64,000 nucleotides of DNA, taken from NCBI GenBank assembly GCA_021774615.1, contig JAJFIW010000036.1:37318-101317 (forward strand), given 5' to 3'. A model generated the notes under the pieces. The model was given only the letters and a program-made list of their open reading frames with translations. It searched no databases and was not told the DNA's origin. A program made the position numbers and the translations under genes. This stretch comes from Alphaproteobacteria bacterium (lineage in GTDB: Bacteria > Pseudomonadota > Alphaproteobacteria > UBA1280 > UBA6503). Of this stretch, positions 23,890-33,840 are shown piece after piece. Within the stretch, counting starts at the first letter, position 1, and each line of letters begins with the position of its first letter.

Positions 23890-24836
23890 CCAAAAAAGCA
23901 AGCGATATGCGTATAGCCGTTACAGGTGGTTCTGGTTTTATAGGCCAGCGTCTGCTCGAGAAATTAGCTGAACAAGGCTTTAAAGTAAATGCGCTCGAAA
24001 ACCGTACTCCACTATACACCCATGAAAATATTACCCCGATTAAAGGTGGTTTGACTGACACCAATGCCTTGCAAAAACTAGTTAAAGGTTGTGATGTTGT
24101 TGTGCACGGGGCAGGGTTAATAGCTGCTCGCCGAGGCGCAGACTTTTATAAGGTTAATACCGAAGGCACTCGCCGTTTAGCACAAATTGCCAGCTACGAG
24201 AAAAACGAAAGATTTTTACTTGTTTCGAGCTTGTCTGCTCGGGAATTTGAACTGTCGGACTACGGCATGAGCAAGAAAAAAGCAGAACAATCCCTTAGCA
24301 CATTTCATAACTTAAAATGGGATGCTATACGCCCACCTGCTGTTTATGGCCCAGGGGATATGCAATTTTTGATGCTAATGAAAATGGTTAAAAGCGGCAC
24401 GGTATTGCTTCCTGCAGGTAGAGACGCCAGAGCATCTCTAGTTTTTGTTGACGACCTTGTAGACGCTGTTATTTCTTGGATATATAACGCTAAGCCAAAC
24501 AGTAATGTGTACGAAATTGACGATGGTATGGAAAATGGCTATTTGTGGCAAGATGTAGCCGCAAAAGCTGCCGAAATTCTTAATGTCAGCCCACGGTATT
24601 TGGTCCCGCCAAAATCTTTAGTGCAGTTACTATCGTATGCTAGTTTTCTTGCAGGTGAGGTAACAAGAACTATTCCGGCCTTACCGCCAGAAAAAGCACG
24701 CCAACTTTGCCACCATAACTGGGTCTGTAATGACCATACACTTGGGGAAGATATTAACTGGAAACCACAAGTTAGCTTTGACGAAGGGTTTAAAAAAACT
24801 ATTGCTTGGTATCAGGCAGAAGGGTTGTTACAATAA
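23886..24836 (+). CDS. NAD-dependent epimerase/SDR, CerR-like ceramide reductase
   Basis: TGGSGFIG, YGMSKK (YxxxK), RPPAVYGPGD; position between FAAL and ACP/SPT. Confidence 0.8.
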   Translation: MTKKASDMRIAVTGGSGFIGQRLLEKLAEQGFKVNALENRTPLYTHENITPIKGGLTDTNALQKLVKGCDVVVHGAGLIAARRGADFYKVNTEGTRRLAQIASYEKNERFLLVSSLSAREFELSDYGMSKKKAEQSLSTFHNLKWDAIRPPAVYGPGDMQFLMLMKMVKSGTVLLPAGRDARASLVFVDDLVDAVISWIYNAKPNSNVYEIDDGMENGYLWQDVAAKAAEILNVSPRYLVPPKSLVQLLSYASFLAGEVTRTIPALPPEKARQLCHHNWVCNDHTLGEDINWKPQVSFDEGFKKTIAWYQAEGLLQ

Positions 24837-24866
24837 CTACCTCTTTTTAATCTAAAGGAATAGACT

Positions 24867-25118
24867 ATGGCACAGACAACGCACGCACAAATAGTAGATA
24901 AAATCTGCGAAGAATTAAAAAGTATTGATACGGGTATCAAAATTGACCTGTCGGCTGATACTAACATGACTACTGATATCAAAGTAGACTCGTTGGATGT
25001 TATGGAATTAGTATTTGCATTAGAAGAAGCTTTTGATGCATCTATCCCAGTTAATGACTTAAGCGATGTATTTACAATTGGTGAGCTTGCATCACTAGTA
25101 CAAAAAAACATGGACTAA
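24867..25118 (+). CDS. dedicated acyl carrier protein (AcpR-like)
   Basis: DSLDVMELV phosphopantetheine motif; immediately upstream of SPT. Confidence 0.92.
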   Translation: MAQTTHAQIVDKICEELKSIDTGIKIDLSADTNMTTDIKVDSLDVMELVFALEEAFDASIPVNDLSDVFTIGELASLVQKNMD

Positions 25119-25146
25119 CTAAAATATAATTTCTAAGGATAAAACT

Positions 25147-26337
25147 ATGGCAGACTTGCTCGATAAATTCCGCTCATTAAAAGAAATCCACACCAACATT
25201 GTAGAAATGGTGGGGCGTGACCCTTTGGGTGTACCATTCGAAAAAATGATATCACCAACCGAAGCGGTTATCGGCGGTAAAAATTGCGTATTGCTTGGTT
25301 CCAATAACTACCTTGGGCTTACATTCTACCAAGAGGGGATGGACGCTGCAAAGGCTGCTATTGATAAATCTGGAACTGGTACAACAGGCTCGCGGATGGC
25401 AAATGGTAGCTATAGTGGCCATATGGCTTTAGAAAGAAAGTTGGCCGAATTTTATGGTAAAAAACATGCCATGCTATTTACTACGGGCTATCAGGCTAAT
25501 GTAGGCTTTATTTCGGCTATTTCTGGCAAAGATGACTATATCTTTATCGATGCCGACAGCCACGCTAGTATTTATGATGGCTGTAAATTGGGTGATGGCA
25601 CAGTTATTCGCTTTCGCCACAATAATGCTGACGACTTAGCTCGCCGTTTGAAAAAACTCCCTGCAGATTCTAATAAAATAGTAATTGTTGAGGGCATATA
25701 CTCTATGTCGGGCGACCGTGCGCCATTAAAAGAGCTAGTTCGTGTAGCAAAAGAGTATAACGCCTACATCATGGTAGACGAAGCACACTCCTTAGGTGTT
25801 CTGGGCGAAAATGGTCGAGGGCTACTTGAAGAAGTAGGCGTTGAGGATGATGTAGACTTTGTGTTGGGTACATTCTCTAAAAGTGTTGGTACGATTGGCG
25901 GTTTTTGTGTGTCTAACCACCCTGAAATCGAAACAATGCGCTTTGCGTCACGTGCTTATATGTTTACAGCATCACCACCACCATCTATCGTGGCATCAGC
26001 AAGCGCAACCTTAGATTATATCCGCGATACACCAGAACTGCGTAAAAAACTGTGGGCAAACACCGATGTTGTCTACGATTCTTTAAAAGCTATGGGCTAT
26101 AAAGTAGGGGTAGAGAAAACCCCAGTTATAGGCATCCAAATGCCAAGCCTTGAAGAAGGCATTAGGGTTTGGAATGTATTGTTCGATAACGGTGTATATG
26201 TAAACATGGCATTACCACCAGCAATACCAATGGGTAAATGCTTACTCCGCTGCTCACCATCGGCAGCCCATACCCCCGAGCAACTCGAGCAAGTTGTGGC
26301 TGCATTTACAAAGGCACAACCTGCGGTCGCTGCTTAA
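25147..26337 (+). CDS. spt: serine palmitoyltransferase
   Basis: AOS-family motifs GSNNYLGL, GSR..NG, DSHASI, DEAHS, GTFSKS; context of ACP, reductase and ceramide genes. Confidence 0.9.
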   Translation: MADLLDKFRSLKEIHTNIVEMVGRDPLGVPFEKMISPTEAVIGGKNCVLLGSNNYLGLTFYQEGMDAAKAAIDKSGTGTTGSRMANGSYSGHMALERKLAEFYGKKHAMLFTTGYQANVGFISAISGKDDYIFIDADSHASIYDGCKLGDGTVIRFRHNNADDLARRLKKLPADSNKIVIVEGIYSMSGDRAPLKELVRVAKEYNAYIMVDEAHSLGVLGENGRGLLEEVGVEDDVDFVLGTFSKSVGTIGGFCVSNHPEIETMRFASRAYMFTASPPPSIVASASATLDYIRDTPELRKKLWANTDVVYDSLKAMGYKVGVEKTPVIGIQMPSLEEGIRVWNVLFDNGVYVNMALPPAIPMGKCLLRCSPSAAHTPEQLEQVVAAFTKAQPAVAA

Positions 26338-26364
26338 AATGTAAATATTATAAGGAAGAGGTAA

Positions 26365-27078
26365 ATGTTTAAAATATTAGTTCTATCCTTATTTATTATT
26401 ACTCCATATTCTGCAACTGCAGAAACTATAGATGCTTTCATAAGTAAAATAGAGAAGGCATTCTCCATAGCGGATGTAGAAAATCGCAAACAAGCTATGC
26501 TAGAGCTTTTTTATTTACCAAATGCAGATGGAGAAGATATTAAAATGTACCATGATAGGATTATTGATAAACGCCTTGGTAAGCTAGAAGCTCCTAAATT
26601 GGGTACGGAGGCTTTACCCGAAGACTTTGTAATGAGCTATGTTAATAATGGTATAGAGTTTAAAGCCACGCTTACTCCTGTGGGTATGTTAACTTTTAAT
26701 GAAAAAATGAAAATACCATACGGTAAAAAACCAGATGGTAATTTTGCACTTGCTGGAATGCTTAAGCACAACGTAATAGCTAATGCCCCAGAAGACGTTG
26801 TATTAAACATGATGGTTATGGGTATGGGTAACCCTCCCGTTAGATTTTCTGGCTACTGTGATGTTATGCAAGCCAATAATAAAACTAGGCGCATGACATT
26901 CGAAGACAATAATAATGGTAATAATACATTGGCTACATGGGCGCAATATGTACACTCGTGCGAAGTAAAAAAACTATCTACACATGGTACACTTCAACTT
27001 AGAATTACCGCTGGGGATACTGATATATTTAAAAAAGTTATTTCTGAGAAAGACAGAAAAATTATTTACCAGCACTAA
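26365..27078 (+). CDS. exported hypothetical protein
   Basis: Signal peptide ending ATA, GAGG RBS, two Cys in a C-terminal beta-rich region; follows spt. Confidence 0.75.
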   Translation: MFKILVLSLFIITPYSATAETIDAFISKIEKAFSIADVENRKQAMLELFYLPNADGEDIKMYHDRIIDKRLGKLEAPKLGTEALPEDFVMSYVNNGIEFKATLTPVGMLTFNEKMKIPYGKKPDGNFALAGMLKHNVIANAPEDVVLNMMVMGMGNPPVRFSGYCDVMQANNKTRRMTFEDNNNGNNTLATWAQYVHSCEVKKLSTHGTLQLRITAGDTDIFKKVISEKDRKIIYQH

Positions 27079-27998
27079 CCCACAATCTTGCGAGTAAGGA
27101 CTTTATAAAGCAATGGCCAGCCACCGATTAGGGGGTGACGGCGTTGGAAGTCTGTGGCTTCAATGCGTTCGCCGGTGTGGCGTTCGATTTTCCAGATTAT
27201 ATAGTCTACAGCGCCATCAAAAGTGAGCGGGGCTTTTATAAGGCGTAGTAGTGTTACCAGCTTACCGCTTAAGCGCCTAATTGGTGTGTTTAGTTTTTTA
27301 AATAGATGCTGCTTAGAGCTAGACTGTATAGCAAACTTGTTGTTATCTTCTTTTCTTAATAACTTAGGGTTATTTTGGGCAAAAAGTTCGGTGCATTTAT
27401 CAAACCGTGTTGGCGATGCATCGTATATAGAGTTTTGCCTTGCTTTTGACTCGCTCCGCAATTCTGACCCATATGTGTCGGCCATGCCTGTGGTCCAGAT
27501 TTCTTGTGGGGTAACTGTGCCTTGTAATAGTGGGATACTGCGGCGGTGGAATGTTTCTACTGCCATTGCTAAAGAGTCAATAACTTTGTTTTCTCTATGT
27601 TTGCCACGTGCCCAAACAAGCCTGCAAGGCTGCGAGAACCTTGCCCATATACTTGGTGCAACACTCCAACCATTAGCAGCTCTTTCAAACTGCTTAACAG
27701 TCATAACGGCGTATTTACAACGTAGAGTTTTGCCATCATGGGAAATTTCTTTGTAGTAAACATTGGGTGGTAAAATAGCACCCCAAAAACGGTGGCTTAG
27801 TGGTGAGGATGCAGCTTTAAAGCTATCGACTAGTAAGTAAAAATCCATAACAGTGTCGTCGGCTAGTTCTTTCCAAAGGCCAGAACCATAAAACATAACT
27901 GCTGCTGCACCATTATTGCCTTTATAGATGCTTTCAGCCATTGCGATAACTTCGCCTTTGCAAGGGGTAAGGCATTCGTGCTTTATAAGGTCGCGCAT
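27075..27998 (-). CDS. Tam41/Mmp37-like nucleotidyltransferase-fold protein (CpgA-like by context)
   Basis: MFYGSG...MDFYLLVD motif; LPPNVYY, KYA, IWARF.QP, KIERH; co-transcribed with kinase and CDP-alcohol transferase. Confidence 0.65.
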   Translation of the reverse strand: MRDLIKHECLTPCKGEVIAMAESIYKGNNGAAAVMFYGSGLWKELADDTVMDFYLLVDSFKAASSPLSHRFWGAILPPNVYYKEISHDGKTLRCKYAVMTVKQFERAANGWSVAPSIWARFSQPCRLVWARGKHRENKVIDSLAMAVETFHRRSIPLLQGTVTPQEIWTTGMADTYGSELRSESKARQNSIYDASPTRFDKCTELFAQNNPKLLRKEDNNKFAIQSSSKQHLFKKLNTPIRRLSGKLVTLLRLIKAPLTFDGAVDYIIWKIERHTGERIEATDFQRRHPLIGGWPLLYKVLTRKIVG

Positions 27999-28006
27999 AA
28001 AAAAGG

Positions 28007-28969
28007 CTAGGCCTTTCCTAGAGCAAAAGTAAATGGCTTTTCTATACTAACCGAGATTGGGGCATCTTCAGATGCTTGGTACATTTCGCCGTCAAGTGTC
28101 CACTCTCCATCAAAACTTAGGTCGCAACTATCTGTACGGAAACCAATGCAGCCGTCATCTTTTTTTGGGTCAAGAGGGTGTTTACCGAAAAGTAAGGTTG
28201 GTAAATGGTGGATAAACCGTTTGTATGGGTTAAATACACCCATAACTGACATCCCACCTTTACCTTGTTGTTGGGGCTTTATGCCTAGCAGCAGTTTATC
28301 TAGCGATGTAATTGTGAGAAATACAGTATCTACCTTTTGGGTTGTAGAGTTGTGTTTAATAGTTGTAGGTGTTGGTTTTAATAATAAATCTTCTGTTGGT
28401 TTTCCTTGTGCTAAGCGCCATAGCATAATTGCCATAGTTACGCTTTCGCTAAAAGTGCTATTAAAACCACGGTCATGGAGGTTTTTACGTGTTTTATGGA
28501 TAACCCTAGGGATGGCAGATGTACCAAGGAAAAAACCGTATAATGGAGTTTTTCTAGTGTCTGATTTTACTGCAATTGGAGCACGAGAAACAGTTTTAAC
28601 AATACCTTCATCAGCCCATTGCAAAAGGTCTAGTATAGGTTGGTTCGAGTCGCCACTAAAACCAACATCTTTATGGGCCATATTGGTTGTGCCTGCATCA
28701 TAAAGGGCTATGGTAGGCTCTTTTTTGAATAGTTTTTTTGCCCGTAGCTCTGTCATAACGGTATCTAGTGTGCCATCGCCACCAATAATTGCTAGGTAAT
28801 CTGCATTTTTTGCTGCTATATCTTCGAGAGCTTGGGGGATGTCATCTACCGAGTTTGTTTGTTGAAAAACAATGTTCTTAGCATTGCGGACGCTATCTAT
28901 ATGGCTATGGATAGCTCCACGCCTTTTTTTACCGCTATTAGGGTTGTAAATAACACCAATAATTGCCAC
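28007..28969 (-). CDS. DAG-kinase family lipid kinase (ceramide kinase CpgB-like)
   Basis: NPNSG, GGDGT, AGTTNM, LDGE motifs; sphingolipid cluster context; GTG start. Confidence 0.85.
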   Translation of the reverse strand: MAIIGVIYNPNSGKKRRGAIHSHIDSVRNAKNIVFQQTNSVDDIPQALEDIAAKNADYLAIIGGDGTLDTVMTELRAKKLFKKEPTIALYDAGTTNMAHKDVGFSGDSNQPILDLLQWADEGIVKTVSRAPIAVKSDTRKTPLYGFFLGTSAIPRVIHKTRKNLHDRGFNSTFSESVTMAIMLWRLAQGKPTEDLLLKPTPTTIKHNSTTQKVDTVFLTITSLDKLLLGIKPQQQGKGGMSVMGVFNPYKRFIHHLPTLLFGKHPLDPKKDDGCIGFRTDSCDLSFDGEWTLDGEMYQASEDAPISVSIEKPFTFALGKA

Positions 28970-28973
28970 AGGT

Positions 28974-30146
28974 TTACCTCTCTAACCATGATATAACACG
29001 GCCACCTGTTAAAACTTTAAATTCAGCCTGTATAATCTGTAGTAAGTGTACCAGTAATGAGGCAAAAGTCCAACCAGCAATTGCCCAAACAGCCCAGTCT
29101 GGGCGGTTTATAACAACACAAGCTGTCATTAGCAGCATGTTTGGGTTGCGACGGGCTGTAATTAGCCTGAAGAAACTATCAAACTTACGCCAAATATGCA
29201 TATGGATATGGAAACGAACAATAAAGTACCCCTCTAATATGCGTTGTGCCACATAGCCACCAACAATAACTATAAGTAGCATATTAAGAGTTTCTTTTGG
29301 TAACTCCATGCCCACATGTACTAGCCCGTAAGCCCAAGCTACATACCAAAATGGTGGGTGGATAAGGTCTGTACCGTGATCTAGGATATTCCCTATTTTT
29401 GACGATGTAAATGTAACCCTAGCAAGCTTGCCGTCTACAGTGTCAAGGAATGTCATAATCCAGCCAGCTAGTAGACCTAATGCATATTGCCCTTCCCAAA
29501 AGAGGAATAGAGCATAAAACATTAGAATTATGCCAGCAATAGTAACCATATTAGGGCTTATATTTGCTTTAATACACCATTTAGTTACAACCATTGCAGG
29601 GCGAGGCCAAAAATATTTAGTAACAAAGTCTGTTACACCTTTATATGTTCCCATGAAAATTCGGTGTTCTGTTTGTTTAAGAGTCTCATCATCAAGCTTC
29701 AAACAGTAAGGAGCTTCTTTTTTGCGCAAATCCGAGTCAAAGTTACCGCCAATAGTAGCAGTTGTTTTGGCCTCCAACCCTGTAGGGATATCATTTTTGC
29801 CTTGTAGCCATTTTATTGCAGCAGCAGCTTGTTTTGGTATGGTGTGCACTGCTAGCGGGACATTATTGTCTGTCAAAACTGTTTGGGTACTGTCGATAAG
29901 ACCAGATAAAATAGGTTTGTCGTATGCATAGTCTGTCATTATTAGAATAATGGTATTATTACTGGGTACAGTGTTTAAATCTGATTCTTCAATGACTTCT
30001 ATATTCATATTGCTAAATATGCGGCGTAGGCGTTCAGCACCACTTAGCCCCCAAACTTTAGGGGAAATGTTAGTGCCACGGTTCAATAAAACCACCGTAA
30101 TGGCATTTAGTTGTGATGGTTGTTTGACATTTGCAGTATTTTTCAT
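28974..30146 (-). CDS. CDP-alcohol phosphatidyltransferase with soluble N-terminal domain (CpgC-like)
   Basis: DTVDGKLAR-x8-G-x3-D-x3-D signature; KGVTD.VTKY, ITARRNPN. Confidence 0.9.
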   Translation of the reverse strand: MKNTANVKQPSQLNAITVVLLNRGTNISPKVWGLSGAERLRRIFSNMNIEVIEESDLNTVPSNNTIILIMTDYAYDKPILSGLIDSTQTVLTDNNVPLAVHTIPKQAAAAIKWLQGKNDIPTGLEAKTTATIGGNFDSDLRKKEAPYCLKLDDETLKQTEHRIFMGTYKGVTDFVTKYFWPRPAMVVTKWCIKANISPNMVTIAGIILMFYALFLFWEGQYALGLLAGWIMTFLDTVDGKLARVTFTSSKIGNILDHGTDLIHPPFWYVAWAYGLVHVGMELPKETLNMLLIVIVGGYVAQRILEGYFIVRFHIHMHIWRKFDSFFRLITARRNPNMLLMTACVVINRPDWAVWAIAGWTFASLLVHLLQIIQAEFKVLTGGRVISWLER

Positions 30147-30184
30147 AACAATGACTTTACCTAAATTAAGGGATACATAAATTT

Positions 30185-31039
30185 ATGTTATTTGCACACA
30201 TTACTGATATTCATTTACCGCTTACTAAAGCGAAGCCGTACGAACTTATCAGTAAGAGGGTTTTATCGTATCTATCTTGGCATCTCAAGCGCAAAAATCA
30301 TCATATAGACGAAGTTACTAATTTGTTGTTAGAAGATATGCGTTCTTTTAAACCTGACCATATTTGTGTTACAGGTGATATTACCAACCTAGGGTTGCCC
30401 TCTGAAATGGCGCAAGCTAAGGTATGGCTTGATAACTTAGCCCCTGTCGAACAAATTAGTTTTGTTCCTGGCAACCATGACGCGCTTGTTTACTCCGCAG
30501 AAAAAAGAATTAAAGAATTTTTTGGCAAATGGATGATTTCTGATGACAGTAGTGCAGAATTACCATTTTTACAGGTTAAAGGTAATATAGCTTTTATTGG
30601 TGTAGACTCGGCCATTGCTACAAAGCCTTTTTCTGCTAGAGGCAAGGTAGGCAAAAAACAGATGGCAAGGTTAGAAAAAATTCTACAGGAAACAAAAGAA
30701 AAAGGCTTGTATCGAGTTGTTCTTATTCACCACCCTCCATTACTTGACATGGTCGAGAAAAAACGAAAAAGCTTGATTGATGCTCCAGAGCTAGAAAAAG
30801 TCTTGGAAAGATCAGGTGCTGAGCTAGTAATACATGGGCATAATCATATCCCCATTCACCGTAAAGTTGGGCAAACAGATATTTTCGGTGCAGGGTCTGC
30901 TTCTATGGTTGACCCAGACGGTAAAGGGCTTGCTCACTATAGTATTTACAGTATTGATGATAATAATAAGTTAACCGTAGAGCATCGGGTTTATGACTTA
31001 GACAGTAAAAAATTTGTTGCCTATAAATCACACGATTAA
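30185..31039 (+). CDS. calcineurin-like metallophosphoesterase
   Basis: DIH, TGD, GNHD, HHPP, HGHNH motifs. Confidence 0.92.
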   Translation: MLFAHITDIHLPLTKAKPYELISKRVLSYLSWHLKRKNHHIDEVTNLLLEDMRSFKPDHICVTGDITNLGLPSEMAQAKVWLDNLAPVEQISFVPGNHDALVYSAEKRIKEFFGKWMISDDSSAELPFLQVKGNIAFIGVDSAIATKPFSARGKVGKKQMARLEKILQETKEKGLYRVVLIHHPPLLDMVEKKRKSLIDAPELEKVLERSGAELVIHGHNHIPIHRKVGQTDIFGAGSASMVDPDGKGLAHYSIYSIDDNNKLTVEHRVYDLDSKKFVAYKSHD

Positions 31040-31130
31040 TATTTTTTCGGGTTTTTATAAAAATACTGTATACAAAAGTATGTTTATTGTGGCATAAAGA
31101 CATTTGTAAATATGGAGAAATTTTTGGTCT

Positions 31131-31901
31131 ATGAAAGCTATTATTCTTAGTGCAGGGCAAGGCACACGATTATTACCAATGACAGAACAAACACCTAAGT
31201 GTTTACTGCCTTTAGCTGGTGGTACAAATATACTTCGTTGGCAGCTAGACCAACTAGAAGAAGCTGGTATTAAAGAAACTATCGTAGTAACAGGTTTTCA
31301 TGCTGATAAAGTTTGCACAGAGCTTGCAATGCCGCGAGCCTTCATGAAAACAAAAGCAGTTTATAACCCATTTTTTAAAGTAGCCGATAACCTTGGTAGT
31401 GTTTGGATTGCACGTCAAGAGATGACAGAAGACTTCATCCTACTTAATGGTGATACTCTATTTACAACCGATGTTGTACAGCGCCTTATTGCTAATGCTC
31501 ACCAACCAATAACAGTTACAGTTGCTTATAAAGACAGATACGACTCTGATGACATGAAAGTTACCTTAAAAGACGAAGGTATTGTTCATTCAATCGGTAA
31601 AACTATTGATATGAGCAATGTTGATGCTGAGTCCATCGGTATGATTATGTTCCGTAACCATGGTAGTAAAACATTCCGTGAAGCTGTAGAAACAGTAATG
31701 ATGGATCAAACATCATTAAAAAGATATTATCTGTCTGTAATCGATATGCTTGCAAAAGGCATTACTATCGGTACAGCAGAAGCACTACAAGAAGAGTGGT
31801 GCGAGGTTGACTTCCCGCTTGACTTTGAAAGAGCGCAAAAAGCCATTACTAACTGGCAGTCTATGATGAGCCCTTCCATTCAAGGTGCTGTCACAGCTTA
31901 G
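31131..31901 (+). CDS. LicC-like phosphosubstrate cytidylyltransferase (NTP transferase; CpgD-like by context)
   Basis: AIILSAGQGTRL.P.T...PKCL, NGD, W.EVD...D. Confidence 0.85.
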   Translation: MKAIILSAGQGTRLLPMTEQTPKCLLPLAGGTNILRWQLDQLEEAGIKETIVVTGFHADKVCTELAMPRAFMKTKAVYNPFFKVADNLGSVWIARQEMTEDFILLNGDTLFTTDVVQRLIANAHQPITVTVAYKDRYDSDDMKVTLKDEGIVHSIGKTIDMSNVDAESIGMIMFRNHGSKTFREAVETVMMDQTSLKRYYLSVIDMLAKGITIGTAEALQEEWCEVDFPLDFERAQKAITNWQSMMSPSIQGAVTA

Positions 31902-31909
31902 TTTAGTTA

Positions 31910-32710
31910 CTATTGACGACTATTAAAGATCTGGCGCACTAGCGTCAGGTCTTCTTTTTTATCTACATCAATAGCAGCTTCAGGAGTTTGCATAAGCTTA
32001 AGGTAAATGTTGCACTTTGTTAGTTTATTAAGGCGTTTTATAATATTTTCTCTGCGTAGACTGCCCATCATATAGCGTAATAAAACAATAAAGCCCACAA
32101 CAAAAGCTAATTTTATTGGGGTTTTACGGCTGTTCTCAGCTTTTTGCCAGAAATTAGCTACATTGGCTGATTTTGGCTGATTAAATAAAAATAGGTTACA
32201 ACCCCCAATCGCACCATCAGCAAAGCTCAGGCGGGTACGTTTAACTTGTGGGTAGGCATTTTCTACTATATCTACTTTGGCTATTGCTGCTGTAAAATCA
32301 GCCTCTAAGGTTGCTTTATCTTGAATAAACTCGTCAAGGATCTGGTGGTCTAATAAGGGGTGGTCGGCGGTTGTAACTAAAACAGGTTTTTTTATGTCTT
32401 TAAGCCCCATAATAATGCTTTTACAAGGCGTTGTTCCCGTTTCTATAATGCGTATCTTGCCTTTATTTAGTAACTCGTATAGAAGGGGAGCTTCTTCTGA
32501 CATCGCAAACTCTTTTGAGATACTAACCGTTATACCAGCAGTTTTTGGCCATGTATTTAAAGTATGTAATACACGGTCTATCATTGGTGTGCCTGCAATA
32601 TCTACAAATGCTTTGCACAGCTTACCTTCGCCTTTGGCTATAGGGTCGCCACTTTGGCGGCTACCTGCAAGTAATAAAATATTAAATTTTTGCTCTGTTT
32701 CTTCGGGCAT
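31910..32710 (-). CDS. MobA-like NTP transferase domain protein
   Basis: LLAGSR...DP, KA...IAG.PM, TTADHPLL, GCNLF, DVDK.ED. Confidence 0.8.
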   Translation of the reverse strand: MPEETEQKFNILLLAGSRQSGDPIAKGEGKLCKAFVDIAGTPMIDRVLHTLNTWPKTAGITVSISKEFAMSEEAPLLYELLNKGKIRIIETGTTPCKSIIMGLKDIKKPVLVTTADHPLLDHQILDEFIQDKATLEADFTAAIAKVDIVENAYPQVKRTRLSFADGAIGGCNLFLFNQPKSANVANFWQKAENSRKTPIKLAFVVGFIVLLRYMMGSLRRENIIKRLNKLTKCNIYLKLMQTPEAAIDVDKKEDLTLVRQIFNSRQ

Positions 32711-32712
32711 AA

Positions 32713-33840
32713 TTAGGCAATACCTTTTTCATATATACGATATTTTTTATTAAGGGTACCGCCAACAAACTCGATGATTTTGCTCATTGGTTTGTTGTCT
32801 TCTAGGATCCATGACAGCTCAACTTGTTCAAAACTTTTCTTTTGCCCAATTTCATGGATATGCACAACTAGTGCTGCAGCCAGTGCACCGCCTAGGGTTG
32901 TTCCTTGGTGCTCTTTACGAATGCCCATTAAAACAACACGCCCACCTTTTGTACCACGAACCTTTAGACGCCAAAGCAGCTTAAGCCACCCAAAAGGGAA
33001 CAAGCTTCCTTTTAAGTCTTTAATAGCTTCGTTTACATCTGGTAAGGCAATAATCATTCCTGCGGATTTACCATCAACCGAAATAATTCGTGCGAGATCT
33101 GGATCTATAAGTGGCTTTAGGTTTTTGGCCATGTAGCTTATTTCTTCTGCAGTCATTGGGGTGAAACCCCAGTTATTTGACCAGGCATCGTTAAAAATAT
33201 CCATAACTAGTTTTAGCTCTTGGTCTAAATTTTTAACATCTATTGCTCGCTCTTGTACTTTAGGGTTACGCATAGCATATTTTGCCATACGCTTTGCATT
33301 AGCAGGGAAAGGGTTTGCAACCTCAAGGTTATAAGCAAAAAGATCTTGAACTTTTTTATAACCATCTTTTTCTAGAGATTTTGCATACCAAGGCTTTGCA
33401 TAGTTCATTAGTAGGCGTGCAGAGCTATCAAAGCCTTCCACTAACAAACCAACCTCATCGTTAATAGATAAGCTATAAGGCCCCGTTACTTTTTTTATAC
33501 CTTGCCCTCTAAGCCACTCTTCAGCTTCGATTAGTAGTGCTCTTAGTGTGGTTTCGTCTGCGGCTTCTAAGCAACCAAAGTGGCCAGTGTTCTTAGAGTC
33601 TTCCTCTTGGTGGTCAACCTGTGCACTAATCCGCCCTACAGGCTTTCCTTCAGGGTTATAAGCAACAAATAATTGGCAATCAGCATGGTCAAAAAAGGGG
33701 TTTTTCTTTGGGTTTAAATGTTCTTTACGTTCCATTGTAAGTTGCTGCACGTAGTTTTCATCGTCCTGATATAAATAATTAGGAACATTGATAAAATCAG
33801 TCAGACATTTATGGCTATTTGCAGAACAAACCTTAATCAT
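32713..33840 (-). CDS. GNAT-fold N-acyltransferase, bacterial ceramide synthase (bCerS)-like
   Basis: NPFF.H, VGRISA, GP...SIN.E.GLLVEGF, FNDAWS.NWGF.P, ELSWILEDN; SPT cluster context. Confidence 0.85.
   Translation of the reverse strand: MIKVCSANSHKCLTDFINVPNYLYQDDENYVQQLTMERKEHLNPKKNPFFDHADCQLFVAYNPEGKPVGRISAQVDHQEEDSKNTGHFGCLEAADETTLRALLIEAEEWLRGQGIKKVTGPYSLSINDEVGLLVEGFDSSARLLMNYAKPWYAKSLEKDGYKKVQDLFAYNLEVANPFPANAKRMAKYAMRNPKVQERAIDVKNLDQELKLVMDIFNDAWSNNWGFTPMTAEEISYMAKNLKPLIDPDLARIISVDGKSAGMIIALPDVNEAIKDLKGSLFPFGWLKLLWRLKVRGTKGGRVVLMGIRKEHQGTTLGGALAAALVVHIHEIGQKKSFEQVELSWILEDNKPMSKIIEFVGGTLNKKYRIYEKGIA

Noticed and set aside
22114-25118. NRPS/PKS lipopeptide starter module (FAAL + ACP)
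   Set aside because: No KS, condensation or thioesterase modules follow; sphingolipid context explains the pair
25147-26337. BioF or Kbl instead of SPT
   Set aside because: No bio or tdh genes nearby; ACP, acyl ligase, reductase and bCerS-like neighbours favour SPT
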